A stretch of 64,000 nt of DNA. It comes from Octopus sinensis (lineage: Eukaryota). The notes beneath the pieces were generated by a model that ran no database searches, was not told the origin of the DNA, and saw only the letters and a list, made by a program, of their open reading frames with translations. The DNA is taken from assembly GCF_006345805.1 (NCBI RefSeq), contig NC_042998.1, positions 2,976,001-3,040,000 of the forward strand, read 5' to 3'. Positions 25,601 to 39,358 of the stretch are shown here, piece after piece. The translations under genes and the position numbers were made by a program. Each line of letters opens with the position of its first letter. The stretch's first letter is position 1.

Positions 25601-27044
25601 TGATAATGATAATATAACTTTACAGAAAGATTAGCTGAGTTTAATATACAAACTAAGGTGGTGTGCTGGCAGAATCGTTAGTAGCATTTTTACATGTATC
25701 TTCACATTCTGAGTTCCAATTCCACCAAAGACAACTTTGCCTTTCATCCTTTTGGGGGATCAATAAAATATGTACCAGGTGAAGGCTGGGGTTGATGTAA
25801 CTGACTTGACCCCCTCCCCCGAACTTACTGGCCTTGTGCCAAAATTTGAAACCAATATACAAACTAGCATTTAAGGTACAACAGGTGTGGCAGAATAGAA
25901 GGCAGGTACACTAATGATCATCAAGCAAGATTGGCATAAAGCTGGCAAGTTCAAAGGAGAAAAATGATTCATGAAAAAAAGGTATGTAAATATTTAGAAA
26001 GCCCCTAAGGAGTATTTAAAGGCCAGTAATTAACTCTGTTTCATAGTTTATAGCAGATGATAGAGAAATCTCTTCCTGATAGTATTCCCAGATAATTTAG
26101 TGAATAGGAATACTGTATTTTCACTTGGTACCTATTCTTGACAACTAAGTAAAGACATGCTGCAGTTTTTAATTTGCAACATATGAACAGATAGCTTGGT
26201 ATCGTACCCACTCGGCCATTTTACTTTTATAAGAAACAAAGTGGTGGTGGTGGTGGCAGCATAGACTTAAGTCTTGGGGTGGGGCTTGTAAAGTTTCAAA
26301 TGTAATAAAAGCTTTCTTGTCACTAGACAGGTCTTAAAAAAAAAAAAATGGCTGATTATATGTGTTTGTTGAATAAATTACTCTTGTGTAGGTCATGTTT
26401 GTATTTTCTGAAAAGATTAGTAAATATTCACAGCTTGAATATATTTTGATACTGGAAGAAAGAAGAAAAAAAAATACCACTGTTTTTAATGCTGTCCTGC
26501 ATTCTTAGCTATGCAAAAAATATGATGGGACTATGATGAGAGATTATCAAAGGGTTTTAAGCAGAGTATTTTTAACTCATTTGATACCAACCTACTAGAG
26601 ACTGTATTGGTTCTTTAACACAAGCTCCCTGCTTTAAAATGATTTAACTCTTTAGTATTTAAACCAGTCATATCCAGCATAAATATTCTAGTTGTTTCAT
26701 GTCCAAACTGACCAGATCAGGCCTTTTGCACCTACCTTACAATGTCATTCTAAAAATATACAATCGCATCATCAAAATCTCAAAGCTACAAGATAATACA
26801 TAATTCAAAACAATGTGAATATATAAGCATAAATTATGACACAGTAATCTGAATACTAAGGGATCAAATTGAAGCCTTCCAAAATTTCATATTAATTCAT
26901 GCTTCAAACACCAGATTCCACCTGTTGTTATGCTCAAACCAGCCACATCCAACTTTTCACACTTACCCGACAACCTCATTCTAAAAATAAATGACCACCC
27001 ATCAAACTCTCAAAACTATGAGATAATGCATGATTTATTTTAAA

Positions 27045-27509
27045 CTAGCAGCATAGCCCGGCGTTGCCCGGGTATGTAAGAGCCCCTAGTAGGCAACGAC
27101 TAATCCCAATCTAGTCCTTTCCCTCTAGGGAACGAAGGCGCATGTGTAGGTTGCAATGTCTTCTCTTCACTCGAATACTTCTGTGTATACGATATTCCTA
27201 GCTGTCCCTTTGGGTGAAAACATGAAAACATCATTGCGCCTCCCAACGCGTGAACAGCCCACGTACAGCCCAGAAAATGTGTTGCATATAAAAAGCTTAG
27301 ATTCTCGACCCTATGTCGAATTTAGCGATTTTTTCAGAACTGGGGGAACTTTTCAAAATTTCCGCTGCGTTAGTTTTGAATTATGACATTGGGCTATGTG
27401 TGTGTCAAGTTTCATCAGAATCGGTTGAAAGCCATGGTCAGGGTGAGGGTACAACCTGACAGGCACACAGACACACAGACAGACAAACTGCCGTTTATAT
27501 ATAGAGAGA
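27045..27509 (-). mobile_element. Non-autonomous Helitron, family H2, inserted in a family B MITE
   Basis: A|TC ... cccgggcaacgccggg ... CTAG|T. The flanks rejoin as MITE sequence (gatttattttaaa|tgatgtgaatag) with no TSD. Confidence 0.75.
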
Positions 27510-27868
27510 TGATGTGAATAGATAAGCATTGCATCTGACAAGAGTTAATCTGAATGCTTAATGGATCAATAAGGAAAAGAAATATTTTAACAGATTCCTC
27601 ATTATTTTCAAAATTAATTGAAACTCTGAGTTGAATGAAAACTCTCTTACTTGGAAAACAGGTAAGGGTTTGAAACAGGTGGAGCATTCGGCTGTAAAGC
27701 AATGGCTCAATAATAGGTATTCATCTAACCCATGTTAGCATGGTAAAGTGGACATAAAAGGAATGAAATAATACACACACATACACACACAAACAAACAA
27801 GCACACACACACGTGCAGGTTCAAGTTTAATACGCCCATGACCACCTAGACTGCTTTGTAGTGCTTAC

Positions 27869-28277
27869 TACTCTTTTACTTGTTTCAGTCATTTGACTGT
27901 GGCCATGCTGGGGCACCACCTTTAGTTGAGCAAATCAACCCCAGGACTTATTCTTTGTAAGTCTAGTACTTATTCTATCAGTCCCTTTTGCCAAACCGCT
28001 AAGTTACAGGGACGTAACAACACCAGCTTCAGTTATCAAGCGATGTTGGGGGGACAAACGCAGACACACAAACATATACACACACATAAATATATATATA
28101 TATACATATATACGACGGGCTTCTTTCAGTTTCCATCTACCAAATCCACTCACAAGGCTTTGGTCGGCCCAAGGCTATAGTAGAAGACACTTGCCCAAGG
28201 TGCCACACAGTGGGGCTGAACCCGGAACCATGTGGTTGGTAAGCAAGCTACTTACCACACAGCCACTCCTACGCCTA
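27869..28277 (-). mobile_element. Family S1 SINE, full length
   Basis: Colinear with the 9697 and 19049 copies. Confidence 0.8.
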
Positions 28278-28907
28278 TGTTCAAATCACCTACACGTAAG
28301 AAGTATGTAAGCTCATTGCTATCCAGGACAAAGCACAATGTAATTAACAAGTGTTCCATTAGCTCACTGCGTGGAGTTCAAATCTTTTTACTGAAGAAAG
28401 CAACAGGAAACCACTCCATAGTATTCCCCTTTAGAAAATACTGCAAATGTTTCATCATTATGCAGGTGTGTGCATATTGCACCAGCATACCACCAGCCAC
28501 TGCTAGCACACATAGGAGCTCACCTGGAAAACAGATGGCAACTCATTGCACTCCTCTGTAAGCTCCCACCTAGAACCATCTCAGACAGCAACTACGCTTT
28601 CAGCCTAGAAGCACAGCCCATGTAAACCAGCATACCACTGGCTACACAGCACATTACTGTATTTTAGGAATAGCTTTCCATTTATATACGCTAAACGATG
28701 ATGATGATGATATGCTTGGTTAACCATTAGTTTTCCTGCATTGCTTTCTTTCATTTTGTTTTGTTTTTGTTTTTTGTTACCTGAATATTAACGTGTTTTA
28801 CCAACATCTTAGCTTTGTGTAGAAAGGGTTAACACTAACAGATGTATTATTACTTTCCTCTATGGTAATTGATAAAAATAAACTGGCGAGGATTGGGGCT
28901 TCCTCAT

Positions 28908-29240
28908 CATCATCATCATCGTTTAACGTCCACCTTCCATGCTAACATGGGTTGGACGGTTCGACCGGGGTCTGGGAAGCTAGAAGGCTGCACTAGGCTC
29001 CAGTCTGATCTGGCAGTGTTTCTACAGCTGGATGCCCTTCCTAACACCAACCACTCTGAGTGTAGTGGGTGCTTTTTACGTGCCACCAGCACAGGTGCCA
29101 GGCGAGGCTGGCAACGCCATGATCGGTTGGTGCTCTTTTACGTGCCACTGGCACAGAAGCCAGTCAAGGCGGCGCTGGCATTGGCTACATTGACTGGCTT
29201 CCGTGCTGGTGGTACATAAAAGGCACCAACCAATCGTACC
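28908..29240 (-). mobile_element. Family R copy
   Basis: Same tail and ctacagctggatgcccttcctaac core. Further copies at about 15330-15590(+), 16857-17045(-), 17798-18035(-), 20218-20430(-), 22922-23130(-), 31975-32192(+), 46833-47092(-) and 53820-54090(-). Confidence 0.75.
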
Positions 29241-31082
29241 TCTAGCTATTATCTAATAGCAGGAAGTGTTTTGCATTGTTAGAGTGTTAGTGAGAAGAGA
29301 ATGAACATTATAATGAACGGGGACCCACTGAAGGTTGATGCTCTGTATAGGTTAACAAGGGTTTTTTTAATGGAGATTGGTTCTGGAATAAGAGTTCTTG
29401 TTAGTTGTGTTGCAATATAATAGAAAGGGAAGATGAAGAAGAATGTAGAAGTGTAGAAGTTTGACACATGTTCAATATCTGCATGTGTGTGTATGTGCAT
29501 TTACATACAAACACATACACACATACATATATTTATATACACATAACAAAGAATGATTGACTGAAATAAAGCATCTAAAATGAGTCAATATGCATGCATG
29601 CACACATATTGCATGTGCTAAACCAAGTGGAAAGTTTTTGTGGACCAAAACAGAAAAATACTGTTATTATTATACATCACAAATAGCTCCCTCAAAGTTG
29701 AGACTAAATCCTCACAGGTATGTTAACAGTACAAAAAATAAAACCTCTATTTATGTTACTTTGATGTTCTGTTGCAGAAGTAAGTAATCAGACTGAAAAT
29801 GATTTTTTATGAGAAAAACACAGCACAGCACCAAAAACTTACAACCATATTACAAAAACATGAATTATATATCAACCCTGCCAATCTATTTTATCATTTG
29901 ACTAATTGTTCTTCTGAGAGAGAAAAACATTATTAACAGAGAAGAAATTGATATCCTTCGAAATTGTTTTGCATTTGTTGTGAATTCTTGTTTTGTTTTT
30001 AATCAGTGGCTTTTCTCCTAATTTACTATAAAATCTCAAACTTGATGTTTTGATTGAAGTTCCTACTCATTAACTCCTTCGTTACAATACTTCAGTTGAA
30101 ATAGATCAGTTCTCTTTTAATTAATTTTAAAAATAATGAAGAATTTAATAAAATAACTGTCGTTAATAAGTTGATATTTGAAATAAACTAATGCAGAATT
30201 TGATTTGGTTTTAATTTGATATTTTATTTAGTTCTTATCTAGATCGCTTTAAGACAGGAAGTTTGTACCACAGAGCCCAGGGCAGTCTCAGGTAGTTTGG
30301 TATGAAAACGGTTGAAATTTATTTAGTAAACCATCAGCCTGAGATAAAGTCTTTTCATGAAAAAAAAATATTCTTGTCACAAAAAGCAAACTGGATGAGG
30401 GAAAATAGAAAATTCATTAGTTTTATAGTCCCAAAATAGGTGGGGGGGGGGGGGAAAGCCAAAATGAACTTTTTTTACTAAAATAATTTTTTAAAAAACC
30501 ACTATTTTTTTTTTACACACATCCTAAGTTATGACAGTATAGTAATTCTGAAAACAAAGACTTATGTGCCAATCAATAAGATAAACTATACACATTACCA
30601 AAATTAACAGAAAGCATTTGCAAGAATAATAATGATGTAGGATGCTTTAGTATTTGCTAATGATTGATCATTTAGAAAAAAAATTATGAAAATTTTATTA
30701 TGAAATAATAAGCTTTGTCTTAATTGATAGCTTAATGAGTATGTCTTAATAAATGGCAGGTTTAGTTTTTAAAGAAGAATAGTCACCCAATTTTGTCATG
30801 GTTAAAGACAAAACAACTCTTACCTCTCCAATCAAAATATATTTAATATTAATTTCTCTTTCGCATTAGGTTTAGTTCTCACATACTGCCCAGTTTAACA
30901 TCACTACCTAGTCCCTAAATTCCGTTAGGGAAATTCACTGTGTTACGACAATTCAAACCAACTCCGAATTTTTCTCCCGGTAAAAATTGATCGGCAAGTG
31001 TTCAGGCTATATGGAAATCACATCAATCTCTCCAGACCTGGAGGATCCTGTAATGGTGAGGAGATCCCCTGACTAATCTTAA

Positions 31083-31856
31083 CCTTTAACCTTTTAAACT
31101 GAACACATCCTGCCCAAATATTCACAGCAGCCATATTCCTACTACTCTATGTCACGCTAGTGAGACCCATATTGGAGTACGGGATTCAAGCCTCTTCTCC
31201 TTATCTCCTCAAAGACATACAGCATCTCGAAAGAGTCCAGAAGTTGGCTACCCGCATGGTTCTTGGTCTCAAGCATTTGTCTTATGAAGAAAGGCTAAAG
31301 ACGCTCGACCTTTATTCTCTAGAAAAACGCCGCCGCCATGGTGATCTCATTCTTGCTCACAACATCATAAGCGGAAAGTGTAACCTCTCGAAGGAGCTGT
31401 TCTTCATTTCTGCTCCAGAGCGTCGGCTGCGGGGTCATTCCGAAAAGCTCTATCTGCGATGATTTCATCTCAATCGAAGGAGAGGGGCTTTCTCCGTCCG
31501 GGTTGCGGATCCGTGGAATAAGCTGCTGGACAAGATCGTGAAGATGCCGACGACCGCTTTGTTCAAAGTCTCCCTTGACCACAAGTGGCCTGAACTCTTT
31601 ACATGAACACCACTCTGTACATAACTCCATGTCCCCCTCCATGGCCTTGCTTTTTGCTTTTGAGCCAAAAAATTAACTAACTAACTAACTACCTGGTTTC
31701 AGTTCAAGCTGGCCTCTGACCTCTCACACCTAGCCGACAATGTCATTCTAGAAATAAACAATCATATCATTGAAATGTTGAAGCTAAGAGGATTAATTCA
31801 AAGCATTGTGAATAACTAAGCATTACATTTAACAGAGTAACCTGAATGCTAAAGGG
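31083..31856. mobile_element. piggyBac-like MITE, family B, interrupted by a CR1 fragment
   Basis: TTAA at 31079-82 and 31857-60. The two halves join as ...cccaaatattc | acctggtttcagttcaag..., matching uninterrupted copies. Confidence 0.6.
31124..31690 (+). mobile_element. 5'-truncated CR1-clade LINE (RT C-terminus and 3' UTR), relatively young
   Basis: LYVTLVRPILEY...LERVQKLATRMV...SYEERLKTLDLYSLEKRR..GDLI...RLRGH...FSVRVADPWNKL, with a single internal TGA. (TAAC)n tail. Confidence 0.9.
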
Positions 31857-32384
31857 TTAAAATAAATTGAAATCATGATAATAGAGTCTTACAGAAACAA
31901 AATATGAGCTACTCTCGAGTGTTAAGCCCCACCCCTCCCCGGGTGAAGAGTTCTGGCCTACAAGAGTCCTGCACCAGTGCCAAGTAGAAAGCACTCATGC
32001 TGGTGTCACATGTGAGTGCTCATGTGGTGCCACATAAAATCACCCAGCACACTATATATAGTAGTTAGCAGCAGGAAAGGCATCCAGCCATAGAAACCAT
32101 GCCAAATCAGACTGAAGCCTGGTGCGGCTCCCCAGCTTGCCAACTCTGGTCAACCCATGCCAGCATGGACAACAAATGATGATGATGATGATACATAAAT
32201 ACTACACCAATAATACTACACTAATAATAACAGTAAAAAAAAAAGACCTTTTCTTTGCTATACATGAATTTTCTTAATAACCATGAATGGCAGTTATAAC
32301 TCAATTAGTTGTACTACACTGCTTCGATAACCATTTAAAAAAACCTAATCTTGCATAACCTATAAATATAAATATACATATATA

Positions 32385-32419
<35 letters not shown>

Positions 32420-32747
32420 ATCACTGTTTCATATAACAAATGCATTATATAATACATGCCTGTGTGTGTGTATATGTATATATATATATATATATATAAT
32501 ATATATATATATTATATATATATATACACCCACACACACAATCGCTGTTTCATATAGTAAATAGATGTCTGTGTGTGTGTGTGTATACACACACACACAC
32601 ACACACACATTCACTGTTTCATATAATAAACACATTATGAAATTTAACTCTTTTACTTCTAAATGTCTTCCTCTCATCTTTGTCTTTGTTTATATTTCAC
32701 TCACTCACACACACACACACACACTCACACACACACACACACACTCA

Positions 32748-32793
<46 letters not shown>

Positions 32794-33520
32794 TTAATCT
32801 TTGAGATGTAGGTACAAGGCACAAGTATTCACTGTTAATTTGCACCACCAAGTAAATCTAAAATACAAATACACCAAATCAAATATAACAAACTGGTAAA
32901 CAGTTGCCTGACAAATCAACCGATATTCTTATCAAGGATCTTAATCTGATTACAGTGAAAGATATCCGGCTAAATTTCCTGGGTTTGAATATTAATAATC
33001 TAAGCTACATTCATTACATATACTCCTCTAAGTATTTCTAGAGAGTCAGGAATACTGAATCTATAATAAAGAAATAATACACTATTTTATGGCATACAAG
33101 TCAAAATTTTCAGAACAAAATTTACAGCCAAAAAAAGTAGCTCAAAAGTAGACCAAAAATTCCACTCGAAATGCAGCAGAAGTTGGAAAAGTAGTGGTAA
33201 TGTTTGAATGTTTGCATTATATGTCCATACAATATACTGTGTCAACTTGTATGGTGGGAGATACAGTAAAAGCAACACAATATATTCCACTTAATCTTAA
33301 ATAAGTTTAACACAACTCATATATAAATATGAAAAGAATGTTTTCTAATTTGGGGAAAAAAAATTTAGCTAAATGATAGACAAATATGTAGATTATTAAT
33401 TTTGCAGTGTTTCACTCGTCTTCCCCGTTGAATCTTTCAAAATTATAAACAGGAAATACATTGTAACGATACAAAGGAAAATTTAAGAAAGAAAACCTGG
33501 ATGGCTGGTAAACTACTTAC

Positions 33521-33595
33521 CTCTATACACCTTTCAAATGATAATAAACATTGATGAAAATTAATCCATAAAGTGAAGTCAAGATAAGCACATAC
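33521..33595 (-). CDS. Candidate internal exon (75 nt), VCAYLDFTLWINFHQCLLSFERCIE, product unknown
   Basis: Acceptor gttttcttcttttcag and donor GAG|gtaagt. Only the phase-0 frame is open throughout, which is compatible with the 35032 exon. Confidence 0.3.
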
Positions 33596-33863
33596 CTGAA
33601 AAGAAGAAAACATTTTATCAATAACAGGATTATTCCATTCTTTATTTAACAAAACATCATATCTTTCAAGATGAAATAAAAACTCCAAATATCAAAATAA
33701 AATAAAAAAACAGTTGTAACTTCCCACATGCAATGTCCAAGATTCAGAAGGGAAATCATGCATATTACAATCCTTTTACACACCAGCATGCAAACCACAC
33801 ACAAATACAACTAAGGATGGATATATCTTAACAAGAATCTTGTTAATATTATATTTGTCCCAA

Positions 33864-34080
33864 AGGCAGCAAACCAGCAGAATCGTTAGCGTGCCAGGAA
33901 AAATGTTTTATGGCATTTCTTCCAACTTTACATTCTGAGTTCAAATGCCACCAGAGTCAATTTTGCCTTTCATCCTTTCGGGGTTCATAAAATAAGTACC
34001 GGATGAACACAAAGGTTGAAGAAATCAACTTATCCCCTCCCCTGAAATTGCTGGCCTTGTGCCAAAATTTGAAATCAATA
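33864..34080 (+). mobile_element. Family S2 SINE
   Basis: Same head and domain as the 57659 copy. Others at about 262-450(-), 25655-25862(+), 36222-36400(+) and 60548-60745(-). Confidence 0.75.
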
Positions 34081-35031
34081 TTATAATTTTGTCCCACAAC
34101 TACCATGGTACATTTATATATTTTTGCTATAACTGAAAATTTAAAAACCTCAACCTGGGGCCCTCCAAACAGTTCCTTCAATCCTTTTAACTCAAACCCT
34201 TGAGATTCAACATGATCAATTAGCTCTTTTTCAAACAAACACTAAATATTTTGATGCTCTCTTTATTGCCTAAGGTAATCCATGACCATATTCTTCACAT
34301 TTCCAGCTCAGTGAAATGGGTAATTCAGTAATGTTTAAACTTCAAACAAAACAGGTATATCAAATACTATACAACATAAATGTCTTGTGTATTAAAATTA
34401 TCTCCACCTCTATAGCATGTATCATAATTACAAAATGGCAATTAAGACCAGCACCACTTGAGAAAGGGAGATAATCCATCAAGATTCAAGAATTCTCCAA
34501 GGTTGACATCACTGCCACTCAGTTGCTTACAGGTGTTCCAGTTGATCCAACTGATGGAACAGCCTGCTCGTGAAATTAACGTGCAAATCGCTGAGCACTT
34601 CAGACATTTAACCTAGTTCTAAATTCAGCTTGACACAGAATGTGATGAGGCCAACTCTTCGAAATATAAGTATTACTCATTTTTGCCAGCTGAGTGAATT
34701 GGAGCAACATGAAATAAAGTGTCTGGCTCAACACACCGCCAGGAATTGAGCTTACAATCTTACAATCATGAGCCAAGGCCCTAACCGGCAAACCATGCAC
34801 CTTGACTATAGTTGATATGCCATAAAGGGAAAGGACAGGCTCATCATCTGAAGAGAAGAGGACAGTTGTTGACGTGTGTTTCTGATTTGGCTGAAGACCA
34901 ACAAACAGTGTGTATACTGTAAGTGACATCTGATGAATTCTGGGCCAAAATAATTAGCTTTCAATAGCTCTAAGTCTACCTTTTGTCAACAAGTACCGTG
35001 TATGTATGTATATGTACGCAGACACACTCAC

Positions 35032-35116
35032 AGGTAAATACTTTCTGGCTTGGTAAATACGAAAGTCAAGCTTGAATTTATTTAAAATCTCTTTTTTTTC
35101 TGTCTTCAACTGGTTT
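35032..35116 (-). CDS. Candidate internal exon (85 nt), NQLKTEKKEILNKFKLDFRIYQARKYLP, product unknown
   Basis: Acceptor ttttccactgatatcag and donor CCT|gtgagt. The frame entered in phase 2 is open to the donor and exits in phase 0. No homology recognised. Confidence 0.3.
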
Positions 35117-35810
35117 CTGATATCAGTGGAAAACAGAAATAATTTTCCCCAAGGAAGAAGAGGAAGAGAACAAGGAAAATAAACCATTGATAATTAACTA
35201 AATTAACTAATTAAATAGGGTTGAGGGGTTGTTGTTTTGTGGCCTCCCCACCATCCCCCAAAATAATAAAATGTATCAAAAAGTTTTTTTTAAATTTGTT
35301 ACAATAGGAACATCGTGATATTCCAGAGAAGATCATCCAACTCAAAGTAGCATGTACAGTTTATGAAGTTATTTCAATAAAGCTTTCGGAAAAGTCAGAA
35401 GACGACAAGGTCAAGCAAGACAGAGAAGGAAGAGGAAAAAATCTGAAGCAGTTCAAGTCAATGCACTAACATATTTTTAACAGCTAATTTGAAAAGTTGT
35501 TGTTGTTACTGTATGCTCTAAGGCGTAATAGACAATCCAGACAATCTAAAATAAAGTACCAATCAAGTACTGGAATTGATGGCTTCAACAAGACCCTTCT
35601 CTTTAAATTGCTCACTTTCTGCCTAAATAAGAAAACATTATATGATAGCAAAGTACTATGGCCAAGCAAGAAAAAATACATTAGACACCTATGTTCAAAG
35701 TGAATAAGTTATACCCTGCTGTAGGCAGTGTTTTGTAATTCTGCACAATACATCTACATAATTGAAGTTTTATGTCAATTAAAGAAATTAACATCATCTT
35801 TATCTTGGTT

Positions 35811-36211
35811 CTAGCAGTATAGCCCGGCATTGCTCAGGTTTCTTTTCTTTTCGACCCTTTAGAATTGGAATTTTTGAAAAGTAAAAATTTTGCATTATGT
35901 AGCTTGTCATTCTCTTTAAGTGAACATTTTTCTGGTTGAAATACACTGAAAAATGACAACACAGCAGTCAAAAAAATCGTAAAAAATAGGGATTTTCATA
36001 GAAAAAAAGCACCTTGTTGATGTAAATAATTTTTGGTGTTAACACGGTCCGATTTGAATTTTTTCTTTTACAGAATGAAGAGTAAGCCTTCTTCTATCAT
36101 ACTCTCAATTTTGGTCAACTTGCGCTGCAGGGTCTTGGAGGAGATAGTGTTAGTTGAAGGCTACCAAACCTGCCACACACACACAGACAACTTCAGCTTT
36201 ATATATATAGA
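35811..36211 (-). mobile_element. Non-autonomous Helitron, family H1
   Basis: Colinear ~400-bp match to 17067-17470, with the same TC and CTAG ends and subterminal hairpin. Confidence 0.75.
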
Positions 36212-38069
36212 TTATTATTATTAAGATGACAAGCTGGCAGAATCATTCGCAAGCCAGATGAAATGTGTATTTCATCCAGCTTTACATTCTGAGTTCAAAT
36301 CCCACTAAGGTCAACTTTGTCTTTCCTCCTTTCCAGTCGAGGACTGGGATTAATGCAATTGACTTAGCCCCCCCCCCAATAAAATTTCAGGCCTTGTGCA
36401 TTTATTCTATCAATAAGTTTGGATAGAAGGCCTCACTTGCATAAATCTTTTTGCCTAAAAAGACATGCAGCTCAAAGCGAATAATGCTATGACTCATATT
36501 TCATCTATTATTACTCCATTTAGCCTTCTGTGTGAAAAAGTTTCCCCTAACCACCACATGGCATCTCATTGAACTGACATTTTCTATTGTCTTTCAAGTT
36601 GTATTCTAATGTTTTAATACTCTTTTGTCACAAAACCCTTAGTCATTCCTTTTGTTTTATGTCATCAGACTATTAAAAAACAAAAGAGCTGCTTTTATCT
36701 GTGGGCAGGGAGGAGCGGAGGACAACTCTTTCTTAATTTGTCTGTATTTTTGTTTTTATTAGACAGTTTTGTAAATATGAAAATAGTGATTTTATAGTTC
36801 TCGACCAAACAGATTTATATGTAAATGATTTTTCAACACCTGCTTATACAACGCTCTAAATCTTATTTATTTTTGTTATTAGGGTTGAGTGGTGTCAAAA
36901 GGAAGGCCCAAAAACTAGCAACTATCTGATATACAGAGCTTTCAACAGGTAACACATCTGCAAGTTGTTTGCAAAAAAATCTCTAATTACTCACTTAACT
37001 CACCTAACACTGCTGATATATGTATTCCTTATAAGGTTTCAAGAGAATCTACTTCTGCAGATACATCTGAGGGTAGATCTTGTACATCAGACTAGGATTT
37101 AATTCCTATTTCCATCATAGAATTCATAACTAATAATGTAGGAGTCTCACTGCATGGCACCAAGGACAGGTGTTTTCTGCCACAGCCCCACGCTGACCAA
37201 CCCCTAGTGAGTGGATTCAGAAGAGAGAAACTGAAAGAAGCCCATCATGTGTGTGTGTGTGTGTGTGTACATGTATGAGAGAAAGAGACAGAGACAGAGA
37301 GAGAGAGATGGCTAAATACAACATCCATGAACTTACATTTAGTTAGCAGCCAAGATTTGTTAGCATATCGTTATGTGACTATTTGCTAATGAAGAAGCTA
37401 ATAAGCAAAAAATTTAGAACTAGTAATTTCGTCACCGCTCCTAGGTAACTTCCACCTGTTACTGATATTTTTCTGTGCTTTTTAGCACTATACACCTATA
37501 ACAGATACTTGCTCAAGACAAATACCCCAGTTTAGAATTGAGGCTTTCAGTTGTACACACATTCTAAGCATGTGTATAAATTGCTTTGTGTCTCCTGTCT
37601 TGACATTGTGTGACTGTTGTAAATGAATGCCATTCACTTCCAATAGTCTATAAAAACATATCTGGTATGGGTTAGTGATAGGATGAGACCAGGACACAGA
37701 AAATCTCTCTCGATTAACTATCTGAACCATGTGAATATGGAAACATGGACATTAACAGAAAGAAAAAAAACTATCAGGTGCTGGTCAATTCTAAATTCCA
37801 AGGCTGACTTCACTCTTCACTCTTCTGTGGCTGATAAAATAAGTACCCATCATGGATGGAGATTGAGGCCATCAACTAACTAAACCTCACCTATACAAAT
37901 TTGTATTAAGTCTACAACTCAAATAGGCCATGGCAAGATTTGAACTCAAAACTCAAAAAGCAAGGACAAATAAACTGCACCTATACAAATTTGCAGATAA
38001 GTATCAAAGAAACCATTAATTTTTTTTTATCAGGTCAATAACATAAGGACCAGTTAAGTGCAGCACCCA

Positions 38070-39030
38070 GTGCAAGCTATGGATGCACAAGAGGTGCACT
38101 GGATTAATAGGGAGGTTATTAGCAAAGGTAGTGTTTGTATGTGGAAGGTGCACTGGGACTGTAAAAATAACAGATACTCAGGAAATCTATTTTCTCAAAT
38201 GCCTTGGTGGCTCTTTAGAAGTCATGGATAATTTCTGCTACCTAGGGGACCTAATTAGTTGTGGAGGAAGATACACAGAAAGAGTAATCACTAGAATAAG
38301 AATAGGATTGAGAAAATTAAGAGAGCTTTCACCTCTGTTGACAATCAAAAGTCTCTCTCTCCAAGTGAAAGAAAGAATGTATGATGCATGTATATGAACA
38401 GCAATGTTATATGGTAGTGAGATGTGGGCCTGAATGCAGAGACATGCAAAAGCTAGTGAGGCATGAAGCTAGAATGCTCTGCCAAATGTGCAACATCAGC
38501 GTACATGTGTGACAGAGTGCTAGTGTATTGAGAGAAAAGCTTGGCATAAAGCGAATTAGATGAAGTGTGTAAGAGAGGAGACTGAGCTGGTTGGTCATGT
38601 GATTGCATGGATGTAGACAGTTGCATATAGAAGCACTGATCACTTAAAGTGGATGGAACTTGTGGAAGAGGAAGACCCAGGAAGACACAGGACAGAGTAC
38701 TGAAGGTTGATCTTAAGGCACTGGGCCTTATGAAGGAGATGACAAAGGACTGAGATATCTAGCATCTTACTGTACTCAAAAAGACCCACCTGCCACAGAA
38801 GGACTAATACCAGTGCTGGTGTCACATGTGGTGCAGGTGCACATAAAACACATTTGTGCTGGTGCCACTCTGTGGACTGATTGACATTAAGAAGGGCATC
38901 CAGCCACAGAAACCCTGCCAGAAAAGACAATGGCACTGGTGTGGCCTGCAGCCTTACTAGCTCTGGTCAAACTATTCAACCCATGCCAGCATGGAAAATG
39001 GACATTAAATGATGATGATGATGATGATAC
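38070..39030 (+). mobile_element. Decayed RTE LINE 3' part (RT C-terminus, 3' UTR and (GAT)n tail)
   Basis: LEVMDNFCYLGDLISCGG, RIRIG..KLRELSPLL, YDACI..AMLYGSE.W. Continues into the 3' sequence shared with the short (GAT)n family. Confidence 0.85.
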
Positions 39031-39127
39031 CAGTCATCAAATTTAGGGTCTTAGGCTGAGGCCAGAAATCATCATCATCATTATTATCATCATCATCTAT
39101 TATTATTATTATTGTTATTATTATTAT

Positions 39128-39325
39128 TAAGGCAGCGAACTGGAGAAATGCTTAGAAGCATCTCTTCCAAATTTACATTCTGAGTTCAAATTCCACCGAG
39201 ATCAACTCTTTGTTTCATTTTTTCAGGGTCAATGAAATAAATACCAGTTAACCACTGGGGTTGATGTAATTGATTAGCCCCCACCTCCCTATTTTCAGGC
39301 CATGTGTCCATTGCAGAAAAGATTA

Positions 39326-39358
<33 letters not shown>

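Noticed and set aside
36883-36948. Plus-strand 66-nt exon-like segment (VEWCQKEGPKTSNYLIYRAFN)
   Set aside because: It is isolated, and another frame loosely resembles a CR1 remnant. Not supportable without RNA data.
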